Assembly: GCA_964627825.1 (NCBI GenBank)
Contig: CAZVLJ010000004.1
Span: 7,773 to 71,772, forward strand
DNA: 64,000 nucleotides
Source: an uncultured Rikenella sp.
GTDB lineage: Bacteria > Bacteroidota > Bacteroidia > Bacteroidales > VadinHA17
Direction: 5' to 3'
Part shown: in pieces, positions 1-9,378 of the stretch
How the letters are laid out: each line of letters begins with the position of its first letter
Numbering within the stretch: the stretch's first letter is position 1
Notes under the pieces: generated by a model
The model's database searches: none
Told to the model about the DNA's origin: nothing
What the model saw: the letters and a program-made list of their open reading frames with translations, nothing else
Translations under genes and position numbers: made by a program

Positions 1-47
1 CTGCTCACCGGTCCGAACACGATACTGTCAAAAAGGAAGGTTGCCAT
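1..47 (-). CDS. 5' end of a gene running off the window (possibly a radical-SAM family protein)
   Basis: Minus-strand ATG at 47..45, 25 nt downstream of the amidohydrolase stop. It reads MATFLFDSIVFGPVS.., and from memory the IVFGPV.S start resembles some radical-SAM proteins. Only 15 codons are visible. Confidence 0.25.
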   Translation of the reverse strand, partial: MATFLFDSIVFGPVS

Positions 48-72
48 CAGCAGATTGGTTAAGGCTGTAAAT

Positions 73-1176
73 TTACAATAATCTGCGTAACCGGCTGCCG
101 GGCAGCAGCCGCATACCGGCAAAGTCAAACGGCTCCACCAGCAGCAGTCCCGGTCTCTTGCCGGGTTCGATGGAACCGAGGGTATCATCCATTTTCAGGG
201 CTCGAGCCCCGTTAATAGTACCCCACCGGACAATCTCGTCAAAGGGAATTCCGGGCGAAGCTTCGTGGAGCAGGCTGAGTTCGGTCAGCATGCTCAGGCG
301 GCCAGATGATGCAAGGCTGTCAGTGCCCGCAACAATCCTGTCGGTTACCTCCCTGAGCATGGCTGCCGGGGGCATGAGACCGGAGATATGAAGGTTGGAT
401 GAGGGACAGAGGCAGAACCAGGTATTGCCCGCGGCAGTGAGTGCAGCCGCCTCATCGCGGGTAATAACGGTATTATGAACAAGAAGCAGGTGTGAGGCAA
501 GGCGTGCGAGTTCCAGCGCCCTTTCTGCATGGTCATGTGTCCGCCTGCGCTCGTCGTCAGATTCGAGGAAATGCAGTGAGATAACTGATTCAGCACTGAT
601 CTGCTCACTGACCATTTCCGAGAGGGGGGCTGAGAGCGAATAGAGAGAGTGGGGTGTTACCTGAACGGGCAGGCGTGCCGCCTGCATCTCGCGGACCAGT
701 TTCAGCGCCTCGCCCATGCGGGCCTCAGCTAAGGCAGCATCAAGGCCGAAAACCTCGGCGAAGGTGAGATATCTGATTGAGCTATTGCGCTTAATGCTTA
801 TAGTAAGGTGATTATTGCTGATGTCGCCGCACGCTTCAATCCCTTCCTGATGCATCTCCCTGTCTGCATGTCCGGCTGCACTGATGACTGCCTCCGGTGG
901 TGCTTCGCGCGTGTCATGCACAGCGTTCACGAACTCATTCAGTCCACCGCCGGGAGGGATAAGTCCCCTCATGTGTGACAGCTCCAGGTGTGAGTGACAG
1001 TTGACAAGTCCGGGAATGATGATGCCGTTATAGAACTCTGTTCCGGCGCTTTCCCCGAGGTTGCCCCCTGTATCCTCAATACTGTCAACAGTGCCGTTGT
1101 CAGTCACGGTGACCACTCCTCTCTTGAGAGGATTTCCGGCCATGGTGAACAGGTATTGAGCCGAGATCCTTCTCAT
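73..1176 (-). CDS. amidohydrolase-family protein (chlorohydrolase/deaminase-like)
   Basis: HxH metal motif NCHSHLELSH near the N-terminus and GTDS near the C-terminus. Start moved from track ORF start 1245 to ATG 1176 (MRRISAQYLF..), which gives an ATGA overlap with the upstream stop at 1173. Confidence 0.75.
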   Translation of the reverse strand: MRRISAQYLFTMAGNPLKRGVVTVTDNGTVDSIEDTGGNLGESAGTEFYNGIIIPGLVNCHSHLELSHMRGLIPPGGGLNEFVNAVHDTREAPPEAVISAAGHADREMHQEGIEACGDISNNHLTISIKRNSSIRYLTFAEVFGLDAALAEARMGEALKLVREMQAARLPVQVTPHSLYSLSAPLSEMVSEQISAESVISLHFLESDDERRRTHDHAERALELARLASHLLLVHNTVITRDEAAALTAAGNTWFCLCPSSNLHISGLMPPAAMLREVTDRIVAGTDSLASSGRLSMLTELSLLHEASPGIPFDEIVRWGTINGARALKMDDTLGSIEPGKRPGLLLVEPFDFAGMRLLPGSRLRRLL

Positions 1177-1961
1177 TGTTCTATTGGTGCGGCATCCCCT
1201 CTGTACACAATGCTGATGTTGGCAATGCGGGCATGCTTCTCCCACTTGCCTGGCTGGTTGTCGTGGTTAAGCAGCCATCCCCTCAGGCGGGCTCCCGGTA
1301 TGGTATCAGGGGTTTCCCGCAGTTGTATCTTATGGAACTGGCCGTCCTTTGAAAGGAATATCTCATCCCAGTATACGCGCTTTTCCTCTCCGATGCTGTC
1401 AGGATAGCTGAAATAGACTGTAACCCTGGGATTTAGGCTGTTGTCATCTTCAAAGACACGGATATCAGCATTCAGCACATAATCTCCCGGTTTGTCCAGT
1501 GGTATGTCAAACCATACAGGATCCCTGGTAAAATCTTCCGGGAAGGTATAATTCTGTTTTCCCGGCCAGAGGTTTTTCTCAGGCAGATCCACCGATGTGT
1601 TTTCTGATACTACTACTGCTTCCAACTCAAGGAGGTTTCCTGTGACACGGTCATAGATCTTTGACAACTTTCTGGGCTTTTTTGAGAAATAGTAGCGCAT
1701 TGTGGCATCAAACTGCTGATATGTATAGCCGTGGTTTTCAATGACATCAATATAGTTGAGGATGGAGTCGCGCTGCGCCCATGAGTCTCTCATTGTAAAG
1801 AGTTCAAGCATGCCTGCAGTAAGGTATGTATCGGTAAGGATAGCCACCAGCTTATCATCAGGGACGCGTTGTTTCCTTCCGGGCTTGCCCTCTCCGGATC
1901 CTCCGCAGGATGATGCCAGGAGCAGTGCCATGGCAAGGAATATGACTTTTACTGCCCTCAT
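1173..1961 (-). CDS. lipoprotein of unknown function (N-terminal region DUF4296-like from memory)
   Basis: Signal peptide plus lipobox MRAVKVIFLAMALLLASSC. ATGA overlaps on both sides (1958-1961 and 1173-1176) indicate operon membership. Confidence 0.6.
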   Translation of the reverse strand: MRAVKVIFLAMALLLASSCGGSGEGKPGRKQRVPDDKLVAILTDTYLTAGMLELFTMRDSWAQRDSILNYIDVIENHGYTYQQFDATMRYYFSKKPRKLSKIYDRVTGNLLELEAVVVSENTSVDLPEKNLWPGKQNYTFPEDFTRDPVWFDIPLDKPGDYVLNADIRVFEDDNSLNPRVTVYFSYPDSIGEEKRVYWDEIFLSKDGQFHKIQLRETPDTIPGARLRGWLLNHDNQPGKWEKHARIANISIVYRGDAAPIEQ

Positions 1962-3193
1962 CTGTCTTCTTTATTGTTTTTCTTAAGGTGTCTGCGTGAG
2001 AGGTAGTGGACTGGATACCATGCTGCTGCATAGCCTATTGCAAGCACCGTGGCAGCCACGACGAAGAAATCAGATAAATGCATTCTGACCGGGTAGGCAT
2101 CAATGAGCAACGAATCGCCTGCCAGCTTCACTATCCCGAAGTGTTGCTGGGCGGCGCAGAGGATGAAGCCCAGGAGGAGACCCAGTATTGTTCCGATGAA
2201 TGAGATCATCCATCCCTCATAAATAAAGATGCGTTTAATAAGCCGCGTGTCAGCCCCGAGGCTTTGCAAGATTGTGATATCCCTCTCTTTTTCAATTATC
2301 AGCATGGTCAGAGAACCGATGATATTAAATGAGGCAATGATCAGTATGAAGGTGAGAATCACGAAGATAGCCAGTCGTTCAGCCTTCATTACCTTGTAAA
2401 ACATCTCCTGCTGTTCATAGCGGTTCTGTACCACGAACTGATCTCCCATCACCTCCCTGATGGCGTTCTGAGTCTTCTTCTCATCGGCGCCGGGGGTCAT
2501 CCTTATTTCTATTGAGCTCACCTCGTCAGTATAACCAAGCAACTCTCTGGTAAAATCAATAGGCAGAAAGACATATTTGGAATCAAACTCCTGTTCAACA
2601 GCAAAGATGCCTGACATATATATGTATTTCCTGGTGAACTCATTATCGGGTGTGCCTCTTATTTTTGCGGTTCTGTCAGGGATATATATTGCCAGGGGCG
2701 AAACGAAGTTAAGCCTCATACCAAGGAAGTTGGCCACTCCGAGCCCGGCGACGGCATAGGGTCTGCCGTTCCCGGCGCGAAGGGTGAATTCGCCGTCCCA
2801 CATGGCCGTATCAAGGTCAGTGACATCAGCATAGTTGAGTGAGACTCCCTTGACGGTTGCAATGTACTGTTGTTCCTCATACCGCAGGAGTGCGTTTTCT
2901 TCAAGTGTCAGGGCGTACAGTTCAACGCCTTCGGTATTGGCCAGACGGCTGAGCATGAGGCTGTCAGGCGTGAAGACCTTGCCTTTTGCCGGTGCTATCT
3001 TTATCTGCGGGTCAGAGGTGCTGAAGATGCTCTTTACCATTTCCTCGAGACCGTTGAAGACAGAGAGGATAGTAATGAGCGCCATTGTTCCCACCGTTAC
3101 TCCGGCTACGGAGATGGCGGAGATGACGTTGATGGCGTTCCGCGATTTCTTCGCGAAGAGGTATCGCTTTGCTATATAGAGTGACAGCTTCAT
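1958..3193 (-). CDS. LolC/LolE-like FtsX-family ABC transporter permease
   Basis: N-terminus LYIAKRYLFAKKSRNAINVISAISVAGV is typical of LolC/E. Large periplasmic loop followed by C-terminal FtsX-type TM helices; 411 aa. Confidence 0.8.
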   Translation of the reverse strand: MKLSLYIAKRYLFAKKSRNAINVISAISVAGVTVGTMALITILSVFNGLEEMVKSIFSTSDPQIKIAPAKGKVFTPDSLMLSRLANTEGVELYALTLEENALLRYEEQQYIATVKGVSLNYADVTDLDTAMWDGEFTLRAGNGRPYAVAGLGVANFLGMRLNFVSPLAIYIPDRTAKIRGTPDNEFTRKYIYMSGIFAVEQEFDSKYVFLPIDFTRELLGYTDEVSSIEIRMTPGADEKKTQNAIREVMGDQFVVQNRYEQQEMFYKVMKAERLAIFVILTFILIIASFNIIGSLTMLIIEKERDITILQSLGADTRLIKRIFIYEGWMISFIGTILGLLLGFILCAAQQHFGIVKLAGDSLLIDAYPVRMHLSDFFVVAATVLAIGYAAAWYPVHYLSRRHLKKNNKEDR

Positions 3194-4005
3194 CTCTTCT
3201 TGCGGGCAACTACCAGCAGCCCGGTCCCTCTTTTGTGTATGCCGTGCAGGTCGGCCAGGTTCAACAGCAGCACGAAAGGCATAACGGCAAGATAGTAGAA
3301 AGGCAGGAGAATAAAGAAGAGTTTTGATGCTGACAGCATGATGACGGGATATTTCATCGACAGACGCCAGGCGATGCTTCCCGGCGTGCCGTAGGTGTAT
3401 GACACCGTAACATCATTATAACCTGCCGTCTGTAGTTTCCCGGTTATCTCTTCCCTGCCATAACCGTCACGGACGTGCTCCCCGATGAAGGAAGTGTCAT
3501 CATCTGAATGGACATCTGATCCACCCATGTCAGAGGGGGTTGAGATGATGAGGTATCCGCCCGTTGATGTCATGCTGCTGAATCCGGCAAAGACGGTCCG
3601 GTCTTCGGCAATGTGCTCCATCACGTCAACGCACAGTATCAGGTCATAGCTCTCTCTTCCGTTCCAGGTGACCAGGTCAGCCTCCACGGCTTTCACCCGC
3701 TCAGCCACACCGCTCTTTTGGAAGAAGGCATTGCAGTCGGCCACCTGCTCACTCTTTATGTCGGCAGCAGTGATCTTCCAGGATCGGAAGCGTGAGGCCA
3801 TCCACCATGAATACTGGCCGAATCCCATTCCTGCATCAAGCACCATTGCTTCATCCGGGAGAGAGGGTCCGAGCTTTCTCAGGGCCCGCCTGACGTGCCA
3901 TGACCGTAGAAGAAGAATATCAAGGAGCCGGTAGAAGAACCTTCGGAGCAGGGGATGCCTGTTGAAGAGTCGACCCAGAAGCTCTTTTATGGGGTCATAA
4001 TGCAT
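3190..4005 (-). CDS. class I SAM-dependent methyltransferase with hydrophobic C-terminal tail
   Basis: Motif I VLDAGMGFGQY and acidic-loop pattern LILCVDVMEHI. The C-terminal ~60 aa are hydrophobic (FFILLPFYYLAVMPFVLLLNL). Confidence 0.7.
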   Translation of the reverse strand: MHYDPIKELLGRLFNRHPLLRRFFYRLLDILLLRSWHVRRALRKLGPSLPDEAMVLDAGMGFGQYSWWMASRFRSWKITAADIKSEQVADCNAFFQKSGVAERVKAVEADLVTWNGRESYDLILCVDVMEHIAEDRTVFAGFSSMTSTGGYLIISTPSDMGGSDVHSDDDTSFIGEHVRDGYGREEITGKLQTAGYNDVTVSYTYGTPGSIAWRLSMKYPVIMLSASKLFFILLPFYYLAVMPFVLLLNLADLHGIHKRGTGLLVVARKKR

Positions 4006-4009
4006 CGTC

Positions 4010-4348
4010 TTACTCCTTGAGCAGGTTGGTGATGTTTTCTATATAGTCATTACTGTCGTCAATAAAAAAGGCTATCTCCGGGACGATACGGAGCTGATTA
4101 CGTACCTTCTGTCCCAGCTCGTACCTGAGCCTGGGGACGCTGGAGCGCAGAAATGAGAGGATTGCGGCAGATCCCTCGGAGGGGAATATGCTCACCCATG
4201 CCTTTGCCAGGGAGAGGTCAGGACTGATGCGCACGGTGGTCACCGAGATCATCTTCCCGGGGGCCAGCTCATTGCCGTGATGTATGATTATCTCCGCCAG
4301 CTCCTTCTGCACCAGCCGCGCTACTTTCTTCTGCCGTGTTGATTCCAT
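4010..4348 (-). CDS. rbfA: ribosome-binding factor A
   Basis: RQKKVARLVQKELAEII.. is a typical RbfA N-terminus. Start set to ATG 4348 because the track's TTG start (4369) overlaps a -7 box at 4367-4374. Confidence 0.85.
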   Translation of the reverse strand: MESTRQKKVARLVQKELAEIIIHHGNELAPGKMISVTTVRISPDLSLAKAWVSIFPSEGSAAILSFLRSSVPRLRYELGQKVRNQLRIVPEIAFFIDDSNDYIENITNLLKE

Positions 4349-4366
4349 TGTAATTGAATTTCCCGG

Positions 4367-4374
4367 CAAAAATA
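4367..4374 (-). promoter_or_regulatory. -7 promoter box for the rbfA operon
   Basis: TATTTTTG on the minus strand matches the Bacteroidota sigma-A -7 consensus TAnnTTTG. 18 nt before rbfA ATG 4348. Confidence 0.5.
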
Positions 4375-4390
4375 CGAAATATGTTGGGAG

Positions 4391-4450
4391 TTGTCGGTTG
4401 TCGTTTGCAGGGCCTGGTCACTTTAGCACACTTTAGTCACTTTAGTCACT
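4391..4450. repeat. short tandem repeats in the rbfA/trpS divergent promoter region
   Basis: TTGTCGG TTGTCGT (4391-4404), then CACTTTAG three times (4419-4426, 4429-4436, 4438-4445) with 9-10 nt period. Confidence 0.7.
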
Positions 4451-4459
4451 CAAAATAGC

Positions 4460-4467
4460 TATTTTTG
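4460..4467 (+). promoter_or_regulatory. -7 promoter box for trpS
   Basis: TATTTTTG (TAnnTTTG), 20 nt before ATG 4488. Confidence 0.5.
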
Positions 4468-4487
4468 CAGTTGCAAAAAATTTTCTG

Positions 4488-5477
4488 ATGGACACGGTAG
4501 TAAGCGGCATACGGTCAACGGGCAATCTTCACCTGGGGAACTATTTCGGGGCTCTGAAAAATTTCCTCAGGATGCAGGAAGAGAATAATTGTTTTTTCTT
4601 TGTGGCTGATTATCACTCTCTTACTACACACCCTCATCCTGATGACATTCATGGCAACATCAGGCAGGTGCTGGCAGAATATCTTGCAGCGGGCATTGAT
4701 CCGGAGAAGGCTACGGTATATATACAGAGCGATGTGCCTGAGGTGACGGAGCTTTATCTCATACTCAACATGATCTCATACGTGGGTGAGTTGGAGCGTA
4801 CAACCTCATTCAAGGAGAAGATACGCAAACATCCGGACAATATCAATGCCGGATTGCTCACCTATCCTGTGCTGATGGCTGCTGATATTATCATACACAG
4901 GGCGCACAAGGTGCCGGTGGGGAAGGATCAGGAGCAGCACCTGGAGATGACGCGCCGTTTTGCACGCCGTTTCAATACAATGTACGGGGTGGATTATTTC
5001 CCCGAACCTGATGCATACAATTTCGGCAGGAAACTCATAAAGATACCGGGACTGGACGGCACGGGAAAGATGGGCAAGAGCGAGGGCAACGGCATCTTCC
5101 TTGCTGACACCCCGGCAGAGATACGCAAGAAAGTAATGAGGGCAGTTACTGACACCGGCCCGGAGAAACCCGGTTCAGAACCATCAGAACCGGTAAAGAA
5201 TCTGTTCACCATCATGGAGGTGGTCTCGGATGCATCAACGGTGGAATATTTCCGGGAGCAACATTCAGCATGCAGCATCAGGTACGGTGACATGAAGAAG
5301 CAGCTTGCCGAGGATATCATCAGGGTGACAGATCCCATCAGGAATCGCATCAATGAGATACTGAATGATCCCGGCTATCTGGCCAGGGTGGTGGCCATGG
5401 GTACGGAAAAGTCCAGGGCGAGCGCTTCAAAAACAATCCGCGAAGTAAGGGAGATCATTGGCTATAAGTCATTCTGA
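4488..5477 (+). CDS. trpS: tryptophan--tRNA ligase
   Basis: Class I motifs GNLHLGNY (HIGH-like) and KMGKS (KMSKS). Length 329 aa and overall TrpRS-like sequence. Confidence 0.95.
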   Translation: MDTVVSGIRSTGNLHLGNYFGALKNFLRMQEENNCFFFVADYHSLTTHPHPDDIHGNIRQVLAEYLAAGIDPEKATVYIQSDVPEVTELYLILNMISYVGELERTTSFKEKIRKHPDNINAGLLTYPVLMAADIIIHRAHKVPVGKDQEQHLEMTRRFARRFNTMYGVDYFPEPDAYNFGRKLIKIPGLDGTGKMGKSEGNGIFLADTPAEIRKKVMRAVTDTGPEKPGSEPSEPVKNLFTIMEVVSDASTVEYFREQHSACSIRYGDMKKQLAEDIIRVTDPIRNRINEILNDPGYLARVVAMGTEKSRASASKTIREVREIIGYKSF

Positions 5478-5555
5478 AGGCGGCCGGTAATGCATAGTCA
5501 GCCTGGAGTGGCCTGACTGATCTTATTGTCATAAATTACAGACTCCCCCGCCGCT

Positions 5556-6740
5556 TCAGACATTGACCACCGACGCCTTCTCGAAGGGGGCATTCCTGTC
5601 GAACAGATACCGGTAGGTAATATGGGTCTTAATTATCCGGGCGCCTATCTGGTCAAGGAGATGCATCATCGAGGGGTTGAAGTCGCCTATCCAGTTAAAC
5701 TCCAGTTCCTTATACGGGAATCTGTCAGACATTGCCAGTTTGGCGAAGGACATTATCAGCGCACCCTCTACTCCCCTCCGCTGGTGTTCCGGCACGATGC
5801 CGAAGATAAGGCCGAAGGCTTTGGTGAGTTCATTTCCTACATGCTTGTGCCAGAGAAATTTAAGCTTATTGATCCAGTTCATCCTGCCATTGAGATGCCT
5901 GACTATCTGGTTCACTTCGGGGAGCATAAGGAAGAAGCAGACCGGTTCATTCTTGTAGAAGCCGAACCACAGCAGCTTTTCGTCAAGTACCGGCTTCAGG
6001 CTTTTGAGCAGCAGTCTTGCGTGTCCTTCGCTGATGGTTTTCACTCCGGGGAAGCGGGCCCATCCTTTGTTATAGACTATCATGAAGTTGCGTGCCAGGT
6101 CACGCATCTCGGAACGGGTCATGTACCTGAATGTGTAGTCAGGGTTGGCAAAGACCCGTTCAGCCTTTTCGCGTATGACGTCACTGATGCGGCTGGCATC
6201 AACGGGCATGTAATAGGTGTACTGTTCGTAATAGTTCTTAAACCCGTATTTTTCAAACAGTTCCCGGTAGTATGGAGGGTTGTATGGCATGCAGTAGTTA
6301 GGCGGAGCGAAGCCGTCAACCAGCACTCCCCACCATCTGTCGCGGTCGCCGAAGTTCACGGGTCCCTCCATCACTGTCATCCCTTTTTCTGCCAGCCAGT
6401 CGCGGCAGGTATCAAAGAGGATTTTTGCAGCCTCATAGTCATTTATACACTCAAAGAAACCCATACCTCCCACCTGGCTGCCGTTGGCTTTGGCAATCTT
6501 ACGGCTGTAGAAGGCTGCAACCCTGCCTATTGTAGCTCCAGTGCTGTCTCTAAGGAGCCATCTCACAGCCTCGCCGGTCCGGAAGAGGGTGTTTGCTGAA
6601 GGATTGAATACTGATTCGATATCTGTTTCAAGGGGCCTCACCCAGTTGCTGTCGGCCATGTTGATCAGGGCAGGCAGCTCATGAAAGTCGCGGATATCTT
6701 TTTTGCTGCTTAGTTCAGAAAGCTTGAAACCATTGTTCAT
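5556..6740 (-). CDS. GNAT-like N-acetyltransferase family protein (function unknown)
   Basis: 394-aa ORF with an acetyl-CoA motif-A-like HQRRGVEGAL (R-x-x-G-x-G/A) in the C-terminal part. From memory it resembles a conserved Bacteroidota family. Confidence 0.55.
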   Translation of the reverse strand: MNNGFKLSELSSKKDIRDFHELPALINMADSNWVRPLETDIESVFNPSANTLFRTGEAVRWLLRDSTGATIGRVAAFYSRKIAKANGSQVGGMGFFECINDYEAAKILFDTCRDWLAEKGMTVMEGPVNFGDRDRWWGVLVDGFAPPNYCMPYNPPYYRELFEKYGFKNYYEQYTYYMPVDASRISDVIREKAERVFANPDYTFRYMTRSEMRDLARNFMIVYNKGWARFPGVKTISEGHARLLLKSLKPVLDEKLLWFGFYKNEPVCFFLMLPEVNQIVRHLNGRMNWINKLKFLWHKHVGNELTKAFGLIFGIVPEHQRRGVEGALIMSFAKLAMSDRFPYKELEFNWIGDFNPSMMHLLDQIGARIIKTHITYRYLFDRNAPFEKASVVNV

Positions 6741-6816
6741 TACCCCGGAATAACCAAATATGGTTGAAATTTACTCAATCATTTTGGAAATTCAAATTAC
6801 CGGGACAGGGCGGGGA

Positions 6817-9222
6817 TCAGACGCGTACCCTTGCCGAGACAAGGAAGTTCCGTCCGGGGGCAGCTATCCCTGATGAATATGGCCTGTACCTTAGATCGAG
6901 CAGGTTTTCAACCCCGGCAGTCAGGCCGAGCCTGTTGCCCAGGTTATATGATATCTTGAAATTGAGTGTGAACCACCGCGGTGACCACGGGTTCCCTTCG
7001 CTGTCTTCGGCGTACAGGTAAGGTTTGTCTCTCTCACTGAGTGCCAGCCTCTCATATGTTATCCGGCCGTTATATACGGCATAGACATCGGCCTTCAGGT
7101 CTGCTTTCTCAAATATTGCATGTGTGGCTCCAAAGAGAGGAGGCACATGCCTGAGTGGTTCATCATCATTGTCATGTCCCCCGGTGAGGGTCAGTGATGA
7201 TTTTACCCGTATATATGATGAGGGCCGCAGTTCAGCCTTGAGTTGTGTTCCGTAAACGATGGCGTATCCGGCATTCACCATTGCAAAAACCTGGCTCTCC
7301 TCATTCTGGTAAATCATTGTGGGCTGTCCGTTGAAGAGGAACTCTCGGCGAACCATTGCATTATCAAGGTAGGAGAAGAAGAGTGAGGCATCTGCCAGCA
7401 GCAGCTTTCCGAACTCCCTTGATGCCCCCAGGTCAATATTGTACAGATACTCCGGTCTGAGGTCAGGATTAGGCACCACCAGCACTCCCGGGGCTGATTC
7501 GAAGACCTTGCCCAGGTCATCGAGATTGGGAGCCCTGAAGCCTGTTGAGAGATTAAAGGTCAGCTCGGTCCGGGCGTCAGGCCGGTAGACTGCTCCGGCC
7601 GCTCCCGTCAGTGCGCTGTTGGCCGATTCAATGGTGGTGAAGGGGAAGTTGTAAAATGAGTTGTCAGCTATCTCCGAATTGAGGCTGACATGATTGAACC
7701 GTGCGCCCGTGCTGACAGTAAACTTGCTGCCAGGGTTGAACTTGTAGCCTCCGTAGAGTGAGATGCTGTTATAGATATTCTTCCCGTTGGGATAGCGTGA
7801 TCCGGCCGGCACGGTCTCGCCGGTGATGATATCCTTCACATCTGCCGTGCTCCGGATATTGTTCCGCACATATTCACCGCCGTAGTAGATCAGGTTGTCA
7901 TTCTCACCAGGCTTTTTGTCCAGATCAAGGTTAACCGACCATATTCCCACCTTCTCAAACTGTTCATTGAGGCTGACGTCATTGATCTTCCTGTCATGAC
8001 GGCTCTCGCGGTAGTCCTGTCTTGCCACGGTCATCCGCACCTCATCAAAAACCGGTGAGGGCTTATTGTATCTGACGGTGGAGTTTGTCATCATCCACAC
8101 CTGCGGGCCATAGTACCAGTCGCCGTATCTGAGGGTATTGTTTCTTACCTGTATCAGCCTGTCATAGCGAGGCACATCTGATATATGGGAGTAATGATGT
8201 GCTAGGTCAATGTCGAAGTCCCTTCCCGCCTTGAACCTGAACTTATTGGTGGTGTTGAGCTGCCTGTATCCCGAAGCCACCTGTCTGCGGGGATTATCAT
8301 TGATCACTATGCTGTCACGGTTGCCAAAGCGTTTCTGGTATTCATTCCGGAGGTATTCGGGATGCGAGACGGATCCCATGACAAGGTCGCCGAAGTCGGA
8401 CCAGCTCACCGAGGAGAGGAATGCAATGCCTCTGCCCCCGGCGTTGATGTCAGCGTGATATGTCTGCTCGTTGGCGGCTGATGACCATCGGGCCATTCCT
8501 TCAGCCTTAAGGTAAAGAGAGTCACCCGTAGAGAAGAGGGCTCTCCTGGTATGGAAGTCCATCACACCTCCCAGGGCATCACTGCCGTACATGGTTGCTC
8601 CGGGGCCGAATATAACCTCTGTTCGTTCAATGATATTGGGGTCAAGGGAGATTACGTTCTGGATGTTCCCCTCGCGGTAGATGGCATTATTCATCCGTAC
8701 TCCGTCAACATTTATCAGTACCCTGTTGGTGGCGAAACCCCGCAGCATGGGGCTGCCCCCCCCCAGCTGGCTCTTCTGCACAAAGACGTCGCCGCCCAGT
8801 GAAACAAGATCAGCGGTGGTCTGCGGGTTCATGATCCTTACAACCGGCTGTGCCACCACGCTGATGTAGTTGGGGACCTCGTCAGACTTCTGCTCCCACC
8901 TGTTGGCAGAGACGATGAACTCCTCCACCTCGAAGGTTTTTGTCCTGAGCCTGACCACCCATCCTGCGGCCTTCAGCTCCTCAGGGGTGAATGACACCCT
9001 CTCAAAGGAGAAGTGCTGGAAGAATACCGGCTGCTCCGGTCTGAACCCGGCGAGGCTCATCCTGCCCGAAGGATTGGTATAACCGAACTGTGTCCTTGTC
9101 TCATTATATACGGCCACATCGGACACAGGTTTGTCATTTTCTGCATCCAGTACAGTAACAGTCTGTGCGTCAAGGCTCAGCAGAGGCAAAAGAAAAAACA
9201 GCAGAAATATTGATTTCCTCAT
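6817..9222 (-). CDS. TonB-dependent receptor (N-terminal carboxypeptidase-regulatory-like domain + plug + barrel)
   Basis: Signal peptide MRKSIFLLFFLLPLLSLDAQ, then TVTVLDAENDKPVSDVAVY (CarbopepD_reg-like). Plug-like region ..GGSPMLRGF..NRVLINVDGVRMNN.. and a long beta-barrel with FRAPNLDDLGK. No SusD-like partner is adjacent. Confidence 0.85.
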   Translation of the reverse strand: MRKSIFLLFFLLPLLSLDAQTVTVLDAENDKPVSDVAVYNETRTQFGYTNPSGRMSLAGFRPEQPVFFQHFSFERVSFTPEELKAAGWVVRLRTKTFEVEEFIVSANRWEQKSDEVPNYISVVAQPVVRIMNPQTTADLVSLGGDVFVQKSQLGGGSPMLRGFATNRVLINVDGVRMNNAIYREGNIQNVISLDPNIIERTEVIFGPGATMYGSDALGGVMDFHTRRALFSTGDSLYLKAEGMARWSSAANEQTYHADINAGGRGIAFLSSVSWSDFGDLVMGSVSHPEYLRNEYQKRFGNRDSIVINDNPRRQVASGYRQLNTTNKFRFKAGRDFDIDLAHHYSHISDVPRYDRLIQVRNNTLRYGDWYYGPQVWMMTNSTVRYNKPSPVFDEVRMTVARQDYRESRHDRKINDVSLNEQFEKVGIWSVNLDLDKKPGENDNLIYYGGEYVRNNIRSTADVKDIITGETVPAGSRYPNGKNIYNSISLYGGYKFNPGSKFTVSTGARFNHVSLNSEIADNSFYNFPFTTIESANSALTGAAGAVYRPDARTELTFNLSTGFRAPNLDDLGKVFESAPGVLVVPNPDLRPEYLYNIDLGASREFGKLLLADASLFFSYLDNAMVRREFLFNGQPTMIYQNEESQVFAMVNAGYAIVYGTQLKAELRPSSYIRVKSSLTLTGGHDNDDEPLRHVPPLFGATHAIFEKADLKADVYAVYNGRITYERLALSERDKPYLYAEDSEGNPWSPRWFTLNFKISYNLGNRLGLTAGVENLLDLRYRPYSSGIAAPGRNFLVSARVRV

Positions 9223-9349
9223 CGGTTAACAGGTATATGCGATGCAAAGGTTGTACAAAAAACGTTCCAGAACGCATCTTGCAGAATATGTTTCCCGGCA
9301 TAAGTTTACGGCAGGCGAAACTCTTTTGTCGGGGCAAATTAATATTTTA

Positions 9350-9357
9350 TATTTTTG
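9350..9357 (+). promoter_or_regulatory. -7 promoter box for the 9379-13601 gene pair
   Basis: TATTTTTG, 21 nt before GTG 9379. Confidence 0.45.
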
Positions 9358-9378
9358 GTGTTGCTTACCTGTTTAATT

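Noticed and set aside
4375-4487. T-box or other riboswitch leaders upstream of trpS (also metG 47855-47922 and the TonB receptor 9223-9349)
   Set aside because: The leaders implied by the -7 boxes are only about 10-35 nt. I saw no specifier or T-box sequence, no B12-box and no long conserved stems.
5496-5518. Possible terminator hairpin between convergent trpS and the GNAT-like gene
   Set aside because: It has only a 6-bp stem (AGTCAG/CTGACT) with an 11-nt loop and no U-tract. That is too weak to call.
5622-6599. 325-aa plus-strand ORF, unusually long for a non-annotated frame
   Set aside because: It lies entirely antisense to the 394-aa GNAT-like gene, whose product has recognisable motifs and family resemblance. 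The antisense product is low-complexity (V/H/G/F-rich) with no motif. It is a typical shadow ORF in the opposite frame of a real gene.
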